DNA from: a virus | Strand: one strand, 5' to 3' | DNA: 64,000 bases | Virus record (IMG/VR): IMGVR_UViG_3300032282_006516 | Coordinates: 32,001-96,000 of that record | Shown: positions 1 to 8,840 of the stretch, one piece after another | Layout: each line of letters opens with the position of its first letter | Position numbering within the stretch: the stretch's first letter is position 1 | Translations under genes and position numbers: made by a program | Notes under the pieces: model-generated | What the model was told of the DNA's origin: nothing | The model's database searches: none | The model's input: only the letters and a program-made list of their open reading frames with translations

Positions 1-166
1 CATCACTGCGCGTGATGGCACCTTCCTGAATTGCGCGCTCGTACCGGGGAAGAGCGATCTTAACCAGCTCATCGGACATCGCCTGTAGTGCTGTAATCGG
101 CAGCATGCGCCCACAGTACCACGCCACTTCACTCGAAGAATAGATGCTGCCTTCGGCTACCCGGCT

Positions 167-631
167 ATGCTGCACAATGTGATTCGTCCACTCGTCTCCG
201 AAGACCTTCACGCGGTGCTCTGTTTAGAGCAGGCTCTTTTCGACAACGCGCTAAGTGAGACGGCGTTGCGACGAGAGCTAGACGCAGGGTGGGGGCTCGT
301 TCTGTGTGAGAACGAGGTCGTTCTCGCTTACGCCCTTTTGCGCCCCGATGCGGAAGTGCTCGACCTGACGCGCCTTGCCGTAGCGCCCAACGCGCAGCGA
401 CATGGGTACGGGCAGCAACTCCTGCGCTACATCCTAGACGAGCCAAAGCCGATTGTGCTGACCGTTCTCAAACACAACCGGCGGGCCTTGCAGTTGTACC
501 TAAAGCACGGCTTTAGGATTGTCGGACACTTCAGCCCGGAGTGCGCCTGGGTACTACGCCGGGAGCCGGGGCCTTGGGACGGTCCATGGCCGAACTCGTG
601 TAGTTCGCCCCGCACCCACCGCACTGCGTAA
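167..631 (+). CDS. GNAT N-acetyltransferase, RimI-like
   Basis: Motif A LAVAPNAQRHGYGQQLL and motif B LTVLKHNRRALQLYLKHGF; N-terminal IRPLVSEDLHAVLCLE typical of RimI-like enzymes. Confidence 0.85.
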   Translation: MLHNVIRPLVSEDLHAVLCLEQALFDNALSETALRRELDAGWGLVLCENEVVLAYALLRPDAEVLDLTRLAVAPNAQRHGYGQQLLRYILDEPKPIVLTVLKHNRRALQLYLKHGFRIVGHFSPECAWVLRREPGPWDGPWPNSCSSPRTHRTA

Positions 632-767
632 CGGCCTGGCCGTTCGCAAGCGTCTGGGCCGTACAGACCATCTGGCACTTCGGGCACCGCGTCTGTCCAA
701 TGCCGCCTTCAGGCATCTTCTGGATGACGTTTCCCTTCGTATCCCGAACGCTACGGATAATCTTCAC
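531..767 (-). CDS. Small zinc-ribbon protein
   Basis: CPKC...CGGC pairs; last gene of the minus-strand run; overlaps the GNAT 3' end by about 100 nt. Confidence 0.6.
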   Translation of the reverse strand: MKIIRSVRDTKGNVIQKMPEGGIGQTRCPKCQMVCTAQTLANGQAVTQCGGCGANYTSSAMDRPKAPAPGVVPRRTPG

Positions 768-1162
768 GCGTTTCCTCCGAAGATGATGGGGCTGTCCTCG
801 TCCGCCGAAACGATAGAACTCGTCGACCCGTCCGCAGCCTCGGCATCCGCGAGTGCTTGAACGTATTGCCGAAGGTACTTCGTGAAGTCGATGTAACGGT
901 TGTCCGCCGTGGTCTGCACGGGGTCATCCGGCGTGCGCACACCCTTCGTCACCAACGTATAGAGGTCCTGCGCGACACGGCGCAGGATAGCGTTCTCCGC
1001 CTCTAGCATCTGCATCCCGTCGCTGAAGACCTTGGTGTTCGTGTTGAACGCGTCTTCGAGCTGCAGGAGACGCTGCTCCAGCGCGGACAGAACCACGTGA
1101 ACGGGGGGCTTACCGCCGCCGGGGTTTGCGAGCTGGTTTTGGGGCGGGGGCTTGTTGCTCAT
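764..1162 (-). CDS. Hypothetical coiled-coil protein
   Basis: 132 aa, heptad-like LEQRLLQLEDAF; coupled to neighbouring genes. Confidence 0.7.
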   Translation of the reverse strand: MSNKPPPQNQLANPGGGKPPVHVVLSALEQRLLQLEDAFNTNTKVFSDGMQMLEAENAILRRVAQDLYTLVTKGVRTPDDPVQTTADNRYIDFTKYLRQYVQALADAEAADGSTSSIVSADEDSPIIFGGNA

Positions 1163-1451
1163 TTTTCTTAGGCTCAGGGGCAGGCGTGTCTTGGTCAGGG
1201 AACGGAAGGTCCGACACGCGGACCATCCGGAACTCGTTCATCTTCTGGCGCTCGACGTTCTCCCAGAGCTGGAGCTTCGTCAGGATGCGCAGAAGAACGT
1301 ACTGCGGGATTTCGCTCTCGAAACGCGGAACTTCCTCGCAGACCATCGTCTCCTTCGGCGGGGTGTCCGACTGAAGGAAGCGGTCGAGCAGGATACGCTG
1401 AATCGTTGCAACAGCGGAGCGCTCGTAAGCGTGGTCTTTGTACTCGCTCAT
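1110..1451 (-). CDS. Hypothetical protein
   Basis: 113 aa ORF, ATGA overlap with upstream gene. Confidence 0.7.
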   Translation of the reverse strand: MSEYKDHAYERSAVATIQRILLDRFLQSDTPPKETMVCEEVPRFESEIPQYVLLRILTKLQLWENVERQKMNEFRMVRVSDLPFPDQDTPAPEPKKNEQQAPAPKPARKPRRR

Positions 1452-2107
1452 GCGGATAGCAGCGCGCGGAAGCGCCCCAAGAGGTCAGCGCCTGCCGACG
1501 TGTCCTTGATGATGTGCTTCAGTGGATAGATATACACGTCGCGGCGCGTTCGTGCACTAGCCAGCGTTTCACCCATCAGTTGGCGCGCTTGTTCTTGCTC
1601 CGCGGCACGGCGGATGTCCGCACGAGGCAGCTTCACATAGATGTCGGCGTTGTGGCCCATGCGGGCAAAGTACTTGTAGACCAAGCGCGCCCAGTCATCC
1701 GTCGTGAGGCGAGCAAAGACTTCACCATGCACTTGGTCACCTTTCCAGACCGCCTTGCAGTCCGGGCAGACCAAGAAGCCGTAGCCCTGCGATGCGTCCG
1801 GAATGAGGCCGTTGCAGTCGCTCTTGCCCAGGGCACGAGCAGGGCACTCGTACATCTTCGTGTCCCCGCCGCCGTGGAGCTTGTTGCCGCTTTCCCAGAG
1901 AGAAAGCGCACCCGCGTAAGGCACGCGACCACTACGACGGCTGGAGAACAGCAGCTCAATCTTGTACTTCGCCTTCTGCTGGTCCGCGAGGAGCTTGTCC
2001 ATCGCGGCCATGCGCTTGCGAAGAGTATCCTCTTCTTCCTCCGTGAGCTGCGGAGCCGCATCCAGCGAGTTGTCCTCGCCCCACTTCACTTCACCAATCA
2101 GGGGCAC
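1448..2107 (-). CDS. Hypothetical protein with Cys pairs
   Basis: 219 aa, CPARALGKSDC and CPDC motifs; operon-coupled. Confidence 0.75.
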   Translation of the reverse strand: MPLIGEVKWGEDNSLDAAPQLTEEEEDTLRKRMAAMDKLLADQQKAKYKIELLFSSRRSGRVPYAGALSLWESGNKLHGGGDTKMYECPARALGKSDCNGLIPDASQGYGFLVCPDCKAVWKGDQVHGEVFARLTTDDWARLVYKYFARMGHNADIYVKLPRADIRRAAEQEQARQLMGETLASARTRRDVYIYPLKHIIKDTSAGADLLGRFRALLSA

Positions 2108-2110
2108 GTC

Positions 2111-2581
2111 TCAGCCTCCCATCGCTTTGGTTTGAAACGCCCCGGGACCAACGGGCACCGTACCGACAGGGCCAGCGCCGCGCCGACCACCTGCGGTGTT
2201 GTTCCGGTCGCCTCCGGCAGCCAAAGGAATCTCCAGCACCTCGGCCCGCGCTGACGGTGACGTCTCGATGATGTTGATGACGTCGGCGTAGTGCTGGGCG
2301 ACGTTCTCACCTTGCAGCAGCACGCGCCATGCGAACACCATCTTCTGCGTCTCTTTCCGGATGAAGTACGACTTGGAGAGGTCCACCTTCCAAGGACGGT
2401 CCTCCATCGCGAGCAGCAGCCGGTACTTCACAATCTTCCAGTTGTTCCCGTTGAGCCCAAGGGCGTCTTCCGGGATACGACCGAGAATGCGCAGCTGATT
2501 CGGGGTCTCGGTGTGTGACACCACCTCAAGACCCACACGCTTACGAAGGGCAGCGAAAAGCTGATTAGCCGTTGTGGACAT
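2111..2581 (-). CDS. Hypothetical protein
   Basis: 156 aa, tightly packed in operon. Confidence 0.7.
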   Translation of the reverse strand: MSTTANQLFAALRKRVGLEVVSHTETPNQLRILGRIPEDALGLNGNNWKIVKYRLLLAMEDRPWKVDLSKSYFIRKETQKMVFAWRVLLQGENVAQHYADVINIIETSPSARAEVLEIPLAAGGDRNNTAGGRRGAGPVGTVPVGPGAFQTKAMGG

Positions 2582-3053
2582 CCGGCGACTCCGTCATCGA
2601 AGGAACACAGACCATGAACGCCTTGTGGGTTCCGTAGTGCAGCTCGCGTACGTCATGGAAGAACACGCGCTGTGCGGTTGCGGTCACGAGGTACGTCAAG
2701 CCGTTCGTCATCAGCTCTTTGATGCTCTCGCTCTTCCACGGCACGATGAACTCACCAATCGGCGTACGTCCGTACACCACGGGCACATCAACCGTCTCCG
2801 AGTCGGTCTCGACATGCAGTACGCCTGACTCCGTCGTCATCGCGTACTGATGCAGAACTTCCAGGTCCGTCTCACGGATGAAGACGTACTGCTCGCTCTG
2901 CAGCGCAAGCTCGACCAAACGGGCTGCCGTTTCGAGGTCGGCCGGGGCGTCCGTCTCGGCTTCGTCCAGCACCGGGCTGAACCGGCGCATCTCACGAAGC
3001 ATCTCTGGCGAAACGAGCCCAGCCTTCAAGACCGCTTCTGTTATAGGGTTCAT
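2565..3053 (-). CDS. Hypothetical protein (start reassigned to MNPITE)
   Basis: ATG at 3053 overlaps upstream TGA (ATGA); the longer ORF-track extension overlaps another gene. Confidence 0.7.
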   Translation of the reverse strand: MNPITEAVLKAGLVSPEMLREMRRFSPVLDEAETDAPADLETAARLVELALQSEQYVFIRETDLEVLHQYAMTTESGVLHVETDSETVDVPVVYGRTPIGEFIVPWKSESIKELMTNGLTYLVTATAQRVFFHDVRELHYGTHKAFMVCVPSMTESPDVHNG

Positions 3054-3595
3054 GGAGTCACCTGCGGGATGACGAGCTTGTAGCTTCGTTGGGTGTCGAC
3101 CAAGGCGCTTGAACGGGTGTAAGCCGCGCACAGCACGACGACGTGGTCTTCCAGAAGGCGGTCGCGCAAGAACGGAACGCCGTACATCTGGTCCTGCGTT
3201 GCCGGTGTCACTCCGGTGGACGTGGCGTACCAAGACCAGAACTGCGTATTTGCGCCCCCGACCAACGCCACCGGAAACAGATGGTCCACAGCGGCCATGT
3301 TGAAGAGCTGGCACAGCGCGACGGCGGCGTTCGGGCTTGCCCCCGACAGTTCGGCAACGCGACTGTTGCGGATGACGGCGTAGGGCAAAAGAGACTCAAA
3401 GTCCGTAGCGACCGGACGGGACGATTCACCTTCCCGAAGAAAGTGGCGGTACTCCACGTTGCCCCGAGAGTCGATGTGGATGCTCTGCACACGGGGCAGT
3501 TTGAGAATGTCCTCAATCACCTTGAGGAATCCTCGAATCCCCGCGTTCTTCGGTACTTCTACCGACCCCGATACGTCCTCGTACTCTGCCATCAC
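3050..3595 (-). CDS. Hypothetical protein
   Basis: 181 aa, coupled stops and starts on both sides. Confidence 0.75.
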   Translation of the reverse strand: MMAEYEDVSGSVEVPKNAGIRGFLKVIEDILKLPRVQSIHIDSRGNVEYRHFLREGESSRPVATDFESLLPYAVIRNSRVAELSGASPNAAVALCQLFNMAAVDHLFPVALVGGANTQFWSWYATSTGVTPATQDQMYGVPFLRDRLLEDHVVVLCAAYTRSSALVDTQRSYKLVIPQVTP

Positions 3596-3777
3596 ACTTG
3601 CTCCACGTCGTCGCCGTGCGCCGCAGCGGCACGCTGTTCGACTAGGTCTGCATCCACCAGTCGTTGAAGGAAATGAGTCACCAACGCGGACAACGTCGTC
3701 TGCCGCCGCTGCGCAACTTCCGTAGCTTGTTTTTTCAGCAACGGCGCGACGCGCAGCTGCAGCCGGTCATCCTTCAT
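3592..3777 (-). CDS. Ribbon-helix-helix (CopG/Arc-like) DNA-binding protein
   Basis: RLQLRV beta strand followed by LKKQATEVAQRRQTTLSALVTHFLQR helices; 61 aa. Confidence 0.65.
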   Translation of the reverse strand: MKDDRLQLRVAPLLKKQATEVAQRRQTTLSALVTHFLQRLVDADLVEQRAAAAHGDDVEQV

Positions 3778-4031
3778 TTGGGTCCGTGAACGAACTTCAA
3801 CGCATCGAGGTAGTCGCGCAGCCCCTCGACAGGAAACCTCTGCGCAAGGAAGTCGAGCACCTGGTCGTGCGCGAAATCAAGGACCTGCTCCGTCAGCTCG
3901 ACACCCACGAGTTTCTCTTTCAAGTGCGCCTGCAACTCAGTCGCCATGGCGCTGTTCATTCCGATGAACGTCGGCAGCCACATGAAGTTGAGTTCCAAGA
4001 CACCCGGGCGTGTCGCGACGACGGCTCTCAT
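3774..4031 (-). CDS. Hypothetical protein
   Basis: 85 aa, ATGA-coupled. Confidence 0.7.
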   Translation of the reverse strand: MRAVVATRPGVLELNFMWLPTFIGMNSAMATELQAHLKEKLVGVELTEQVLDFAHDQVLDFLAQRFPVEGLRDYLDALKFVHGPK

Positions 4032-4360
4032 GTACCCGGCTCCACGACATAAAGAATGTCGTTTGCGCGGATGAGGCCCGTATCTTCCTCGACTTGCTGA
4101 AGAATACGAACCAGCTCCTTACCCTGCTGGTGCTCCAGGTTTTCGCGGAAGAACGCCACGCGGTCGCCCGGAACAACGCCCGTGGGCTGAATCGCGCCAC
4201 TCTTTCCTACCGGGCGCCCAGGACCCGTCTTGAGCACCGTGCCGTAACGCACGCGCTCCTGCCCGCTGGTTGTCGCCGGAAGGAAGATGCCGCCCGAAGA
4301 GCTTTCAGGCAGCGGCTCCAGCTTCACCAGAATCCAGTCGAGGAGAGGACGAAACGACAT
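4028..4360 (-). CDS. groES: GroES/Cpn10-like co-chaperonin
   Basis: FRPLLDWILVK, mobile loop SSSGGIFLP, GTVLKTGPG, VVPGDRVAF, DILYVV; ATG at 4360 follows a GAGGAG RBS. Confidence 0.9.
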   Translation of the reverse strand: MSFRPLLDWILVKLEPLPESSSGGIFLPATTSGQERVRYGTVLKTGPGRPVGKSGAIQPTGVVPGDRVAFFRENLEHQQGKELVRILQQVEEDTGLIRANDILYVVEPGT

Positions 4361-4361
4361 C

Positions 4362-4706
4362 TCACTCCTCGCCGCCCAGGACGTCCACCGCGTCTTCCTT
4401 CGGAAGCGTTGCGGTCGTCGTCTCCCCCAAGAAGCGGTCCTCCAGCGTCTTGGCGAGCTTCGAGTCCGTCGCAAGCGGGCGAAGAGTCGCCGCATAGTTC
4501 TCGCCGTTCGGAGCGATGTGCCAGACACCGCCGATACGGTGCATGAGCGTCGTGCGCACGCGCCCGTCCGAATCGGCGTAACGAACCGCGTACGTCTTCG
4601 CTTCGACGAAGTTCACGACCGTGCCGGGCTGCGCATCCGCCACCGACCGCTGTCCCTCCGGAATTCCAACACTCGTGGGGCGACCGCCCGTTACCGTTCC
4701 GAACAT
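4362..4706 (-). CDS. Hypothetical protein
   Basis: 114 aa ORF in operon. Confidence 0.65.
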   Translation of the reverse strand: MFGTVTGGRPTSVGIPEGQRSVADAQPGTVVNFVEAKTYAVRYADSDGRVRTTLMHRIGGVWHIAPNGENYAATLRPLATDSKLAKTLEDRFLGETTTATLPKEDAVDVLGGEE

Positions 4707-5410
4707 ACGACGTTCTCCTTCTCGGCCTTGTAGGCGCTGTACTTCTGTTCAAGCATTCCGCGGCTTACCCACGGACGACCTTCATTCCACGCACGCGGGA
4801 AGTAGAACGCAGGCAGCGTTCCTTCCAAGAGGTGGTCCACCCGGACGTAGCCCCACTGACGAAGGCACGTGACGGCGAAACGCTCTTTGCACTTCTTCGG
4901 GCAGACAAAGACCGTGCGGAAAACAGCACCCTCACGGTCAACGCTGTCGAGTAGCCCAGGAGAGGTGTACATCCCCCAGAACCCACATCCCGGGCATTCC
5001 AGCTCGTGACCCCGCACGCGAAAGTAAACAACGTCCCCAAACGAGTCCGCGAGGGCATCGTGCCCAGCGGGAATGGGTCGGGGCGGTTCAGTCGCCTCTG
5101 CCGCACGCTGCGCGGTCAGTGAGGGGCTCTGCGATGAAAACTCCATCGACTCGATTGCCGCTTCCGGATTCGTGCGGAGCAGCTGCACCAGAGCAGCGTC
5201 GAGCTTGTAGGGAAGAAGCCCGGGGCGGTCTGTACGCTGCAGGATGACTTCCGTCTCGTCAGAGCCTGGCTCCAACACGCGCGCGAGCATCTGCATCATC
5301 TCGCGAAACTCGACGGCTACGAACTCCTGCTGCGTGCCTTCTTGTTGAATCGACCCTGTGGACGTGAACGCGCCTGGGTCACGTCGGTACTCCAATCGCA
5401 CCTGCATCAC
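4691..5410 (-). CDS. Hypothetical zinc-finger protein
   Basis: CPGC and CPKKC motifs; 239 aa. Confidence 0.7.
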   Translation of the reverse strand: MMQVRLEYRRDPGAFTSTGSIQQEGTQQEFVAVEFREMMQMLARVLEPGSDETEVILQRTDRPGLLPYKLDAALVQLLRTNPEAAIESMEFSSQSPSLTAQRAAEATEPPRPIPAGHDALADSFGDVVYFRVRGHELECPGCGFWGMYTSPGLLDSVDREGAVFRTVFVCPKKCKERFAVTCLRQWGYVRVDHLLEGTLPAFYFPRAWNEGRPWVSRGMLEQKYSAYKAEKENVVCSER

Positions 5411-5901
5411 GTAACCTCCGCCAGCACTCGACGTGCGTACGAGCTGGGGCGGGACACGCGGTACACCACAGCACCATCGGAGCTTGCGCCGAAGTACACG
5501 CGCGACCCGTCCCAGAGTTCCAGTGCGTCGACAAGCACACGCTTGGCGCCTGCAACCGTCTTCCCAATGACCGAACGAACCGGCTGCTCCCGCAAAAGCG
5601 ACTGCACCGCTTCGAGGTCACACTGCTGCTCGGCCGGAAAGCCGAGGCCGTTGAACGCCGCAAAAGCCTCCTGCGGAGTCAGGTCGTGCAGCTCCAGCAC
5701 CTGAAGCGCCTGCGCGTCCGCCTGGTTTTCCAAAAGTCCCGTGCAGCGTTTGCTGCAAATGGGACACGGAAACTGGTCGGGCCAGAATTCGCTCGTAGTT
5801 CCGACGAGTTGGTCGACCTCCATCACGCTCTCGGTATCCGAAACGCGCTGAGGCATCACGCGCACGACCAGCCCGCAGGGGAGGCAAGGGACCACAATCA
5901 T
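5407..5901 (-). CDS. Hypothetical zinc-finger protein
   Basis: CLPC and CPIC motifs; 164 aa. Confidence 0.7.
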   Translation of the reverse strand: MIVVPCLPCGLVVRVMPQRVSDTESVMEVDQLVGTTSEFWPDQFPCPICSKRCTGLLENQADAQALQVLELHDLTPQEAFAAFNGLGFPAEQQCDLEAVQSLLREQPVRSVIGKTVAGAKRVLVDALELWDGSRVYFGASSDGAVVYRVSRPSSYARRVLAEVT

Positions 5902-6407
5902 ACGGACCCGACTCCGTCTTCATCGGGGTCACGGCTGCCCGTGATGTCGGCCGTGTTGATGCCCGCGTTCGGCACCAGCGGGTAGCCGTACTCGTCCTTC
6001 GGAACCGACCGAGAGCCGACCACCATCTTGCCGTTCGGAAGCCGCTGAACCACCGACCCCTTGAGTGCCGGCGGCGTCGGAACCGGAGCGGGAGCGGGTG
6101 CCTCCGCAACCGGCATCGACGGCTCCGGTTCGTGTCCGCCAAAGACGTGCACGACGTCTCCCGTCTCCTCGGGCGCGGAGTAGGCGACAGGTGCAACCGG
6201 ACGAGGGGCGGGAGCCGGTGGCTGAATCGCGGCCTGCGGCGGGCCGTTCTCGCCGACATGAGCTTCCATGATTTCCGTCACGGCGCTGTCGTCCACGGCG
6301 GCACGAACCACCGCTCCGCTCGGCAGCCGCAGAATGAGGTACGTCAGTGTTGTGTTCTGCTCCAGGTCCATCTCCTGGGCGATTCCCGAGATTACGCAGA
6401 GCATCAC
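5898..6407 (-). CDS. Hypothetical Pro-rich protein
   Basis: 169 aa, coupled overlaps. Confidence 0.7.
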   Translation of the reverse strand: MMLCVISGIAQEMDLEQNTTLTYLILRLPSGAVVRAAVDDSAVTEIMEAHVGENGPPQAAIQPPAPAPRPVAPVAYSAPEETGDVVHVFGGHEPEPSMPVAEAPAPAPVPTPPALKGSVVQRLPNGKMVVGSRSVPKDEYGYPLVPNAGINTADITGSRDPDEDGVGSV

Positions 6408-6709
6408 TTCACCACCGGAGGCGGCGGGAACCCCGCACGCACCCGGTCCGCAGCCGCGTTCTTCGCCTGCTTAGTCAGCTCGGAGCCAACCGAAGCGAGC
6501 ACCACCAAGTGCTTGCCCGCCCGATGCGCGTTGACGAGCAGCATGCAGTTCGCCCACTGCTGGTCTTGGTAGTCAGGACCATCTGGGCGGGTGATGTACG
6601 CCATGCAATCCGCCGCGCAGGGGCGGTCATTGCTCAGAAAGCAGATGAGGCCTTCCGGCTCTTTGAGCGTGGGGTGGTGCGGCGCCGGGTCAGTCACGGG
6701 GCGGTGCAT
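6404..6709 (-). CDS. Hypothetical Cys-containing protein
   Basis: 101 aa, CFLSNDRPCAADC...C. Confidence 0.7.
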   Translation of the reverse strand: MHRPVTDPAPHHPTLKEPEGLICFLSNDRPCAADCMAYITRPDGPDYQDQQWANCMLLVNAHRAGKHLVVLASVGSELTKQAKNAAADRVRAGFPPPPVVK

Positions 6710-7109
6710 GCTGTTCTTTCTCCAACTCGGCGCGGGTGGTCACAATGCTGGCAGCGAGTGCCTTGGCGATGGTGGCGATGTAACGAGCCAGAATCTGCTG
6801 TGTCTTCTTGGCGTTCTTCGGGGTGGGCGCTTCGAGAAAGCCCCACTTGATGAGCATGCGCCCGACATCCTGTGCGAACTGCTGGGAGAGCAGGCGTCGA
6901 ATGTCGGAGAAGAACTGCTGAAACACAGCGTCCGGAGAACCCAAGTCGTGCGCGAAGGGCAGCGCAGCAAGCTCTTCTTTTTTGCCCTGCCAAGAGCACA
7001 CGTTGCACTTGGCAGCGCCGCCTGCGAGAGCCGAAACCGACACATCGGCCGCCCCGCATTGCGCGCAGAACCACGCCACGTCGGTTGTCTGTGCGTTCGT
7101 CGGTGTCAT
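6690..7109 (-). CDS. Hypothetical zinc-ribbon protein (start MTPTN)
   Basis: CAQC and CNVC motifs; ATG at 7109 overlaps upstream TGA. Confidence 0.7.
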   Translation of the reverse strand: MTPTNAQTTDVAWFCAQCGAADVSVSALAGGAAKCNVCSWQGKKEELAALPFAHDLGSPDAVFQQFFSDIRRLLSQQFAQDVGRMLIKWGFLEAPTPKNAKKTQQILARYIATIAKALAASIVTTRAELEKEQHAPPRD

Positions 7110-7552
7110 ACAGGAATGCTCTTCCCCAGTTTGGCGTAGAGGGCGTTCATCGCCTCGCGAGACCGTCCGGTTTCCGGCTTCTCGTTTTCCTTTTCGACAA
7201 TCTTCGTCTTCATGCGGCTGCGCATCTGGGACTCCTGCCAAAGCGGCTTGATTCCAAGAGCGCCCTTCTCGACTTCGTGCATGAGGATTTTGATGTGGTC
7301 CTCTTTGTCGCGACTCTTCTGTGTCTCGACCCAGGGAAACGCGATCTTCATGTAGTCGTCGAAGACTTCTTTCGCCTTGTCCTTCGCGATGATTGCCTGC
7401 GCGAGCGCTCGTAGCCGGGCGTGCTCAACTTGTTCTTTCTTGAGCACGTACAGCATGAGGATAGACTCCCGAAGAGACCCCTTTTGGGGCGGCTCACGCA
7501 GGGACTCGAACAACAAAGTTGCACGAGCCCAGCCCTCGGGTGTCTCTAGCCA
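7106..7552 (-). CDS. Tail assembly chaperone T segment (probably made as a GT frameshift fusion)
   Basis: Frame is open upstream of the annotated TTG (KWLETPEGWARATLLFES), no good RBS/ATG, and lies in the -1 frame of the upstream gene at GGGAAAT. Confidence 0.6.
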   Translation of the reverse strand, partial: WLETPEGWARATLLFESLREPPQKGSLRESILMLYVLKKEQVEHARLRALAQAIIAKDKAKEVFDDYMKIAFPWVETQKSRDKEDHIKILMHEVEKGALGIKPLWQESQMRSRMKTKIVEKENEKPETGRSREAMNALYAKLGKSIPV

Positions 7553-8739
7553 TTTCCCAGTTTTTCGGCCACGAAGAGCTTGCGGACTCGAATGTCGAAC
7601 CAGAAGTAGTTCACACCAAGAGACGCGAGCATGTGGAAGGGATAGCGCGTGACGAAGTCGAACTTCCGCCAGAACAGGTCTTCGTCAAAACGACCATCCT
7701 TGTCCTGGTGACTCGGGATGACGTTGTTGTTGATGGAGCGAAGACCAATCGTCACGGCCATGAGCGAGAACTTGTCGAGAAGGTAGCGGTCGCTCACCTC
7801 GACACCCTTTGACTCCGCCATGACGAGGCGCTTGATGGCGAGGTCCTCGCCACCGGTCATTGACTGGAACTCGGGCTCGAACTTTCCAGGAATGACGGGA
7901 ACCCGCTGCGTCACGAATCCCCGCATGATGAGGTCGGTGATGTCGAGCGGCACACAGCGCTTCTCGATGATTTCGCGCTGTTCCTCGTTGTTGATGATGT
8001 CCTTCATCATCATCTCGCGGAACGTATTGAAGTCGAAATCGTCGAGCTTCTTAACGGCCTCGGTCGCGTTCTTCTGCGCCGTAGCAGTATCGGCTTGAGG
8101 TCCGTTCTCTGGCGAGTTGCCGAGACGTCCCGCCGAACCAGCAACACCCTGAGCGGCTTCGCGTTCGATGCGCGCGTCTTCGCTCTCCGCTTGCTGCCGC
8201 TGCTGCTGGGCTTCCTGCACCGCCTTGAGGCCTTCCAGCGTCTTCTGGCTCAACCCCTTGTTCGCCTGCCCGAGCTGTTGAGGCGAGATGCGGTTGCCGT
8301 TACGGATGACACCGTACTTGTACGCCAGCATCGGCTGCGCCGTGGCGTACATCGAGCCCTGACCCTCTCGAAAGTCGGGGTCGCTACGGGCCTCATTCGG
8401 CAGAATGTCGATGGGCAGCAGGTTGGTGGGCGGACGACTCATCGCAGGGTTCTGGCTCGGGGCTTCTTGAAACACGGCTCCTGTGGGTCCGGTGAAGATG
8501 TTCGACGGTGTCATGGCCACGCGCTGCATCTCCGCCTGGTCGGCCATCGTCAGGTTTTCCCCTGCCGGCAAATCCAAGCGGGGAATCGACGGCGTGGGGC
8601 CGCCTGCCACCGGCTGCGTGTACTTGGGTGGACCGCTCTTACGCTCAGCAAAGCCCGCCGCGTACTTGAGTGCCTGCGGGTCGGTAATCCCCGGGGCCAC
8701 CACTGGCCCTCCAAACTGCATCGGGTCGTCTCGCTTCAA
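7546..8739 (-). CDS. Tail assembly chaperone G-like protein with long Pro/Gln-rich N-terminal extension
   Basis: 397 aa; C-terminal EPEFQSMTGGEDLAIKRL...FDFVTRYPFHML resembles TAC folds; ends at a slippery heptamer. Confidence 0.55.
   Translation of the reverse strand: MKRDDPMQFGGPVVAPGITDPQALKYAAGFAERKSGPPKYTQPVAGGPTPSIPRLDLPAGENLTMADQAEMQRVAMTPSNIFTGPTGAVFQEAPSQNPAMSRPPTNLLPIDILPNEARSDPDFREGQGSMYATAQPMLAYKYGVIRNGNRISPQQLGQANKGLSQKTLEGLKAVQEAQQQRQQAESEDARIEREAAQGVAGSAGRLGNSPENGPQADTATAQKNATEAVKKLDDFDFNTFREMMMKDIINNEEQREIIEKRCVPLDITDLIMRGFVTQRVPVIPGKFEPEFQSMTGGEDLAIKRLVMAESKGVEVSDRYLLDKFSLMAVTIGLRSINNNVIPSHQDKDGRFDEDLFWRKFDFVTRYPFHMLASLGVNYFWFDIRVRKLFVAEKLGNG
7552..7558 (-). other. Candidate -1 programmed ribosomal frameshift site G GGA AAT
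   Basis: X XXY YYZ heptamer in the correct phase, just before the upstream stop; the -1 frame continues into 7106-7552. Confidence 0.75.
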
Positions 8740-8780
8740 GCCGTCATCCTTCCTTCCACCCGTTCTGTACTCACGACGTA

Positions 8781-8800
8781 CTCCTCATGTCAATGAGGAG
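8781..8800 (-). promoter_or_regulatory. Palindrome CTCCTCAT-N4-ATGAGGAG containing a TTGACA hexamer
   Basis: Perfect 8-bp inverted repeat; TTGACA on the minus strand at 8788-8793, upstream of the chaperone gene. Confidence 0.4.
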
Positions 8801-8804
8801 CTAG

Positions 8805-8834
8805 AAAAAAGGCGCCGGTCAATCGACCGACGCC
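8805..8834 (-). terminator. Rho-independent terminator
   Basis: GGCGTCGGTC-gatt-GACCGGCGCC followed by TTTTTT on the minus strand. Confidence 0.8.
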
Positions 8835-8840
8835 TCGTAC

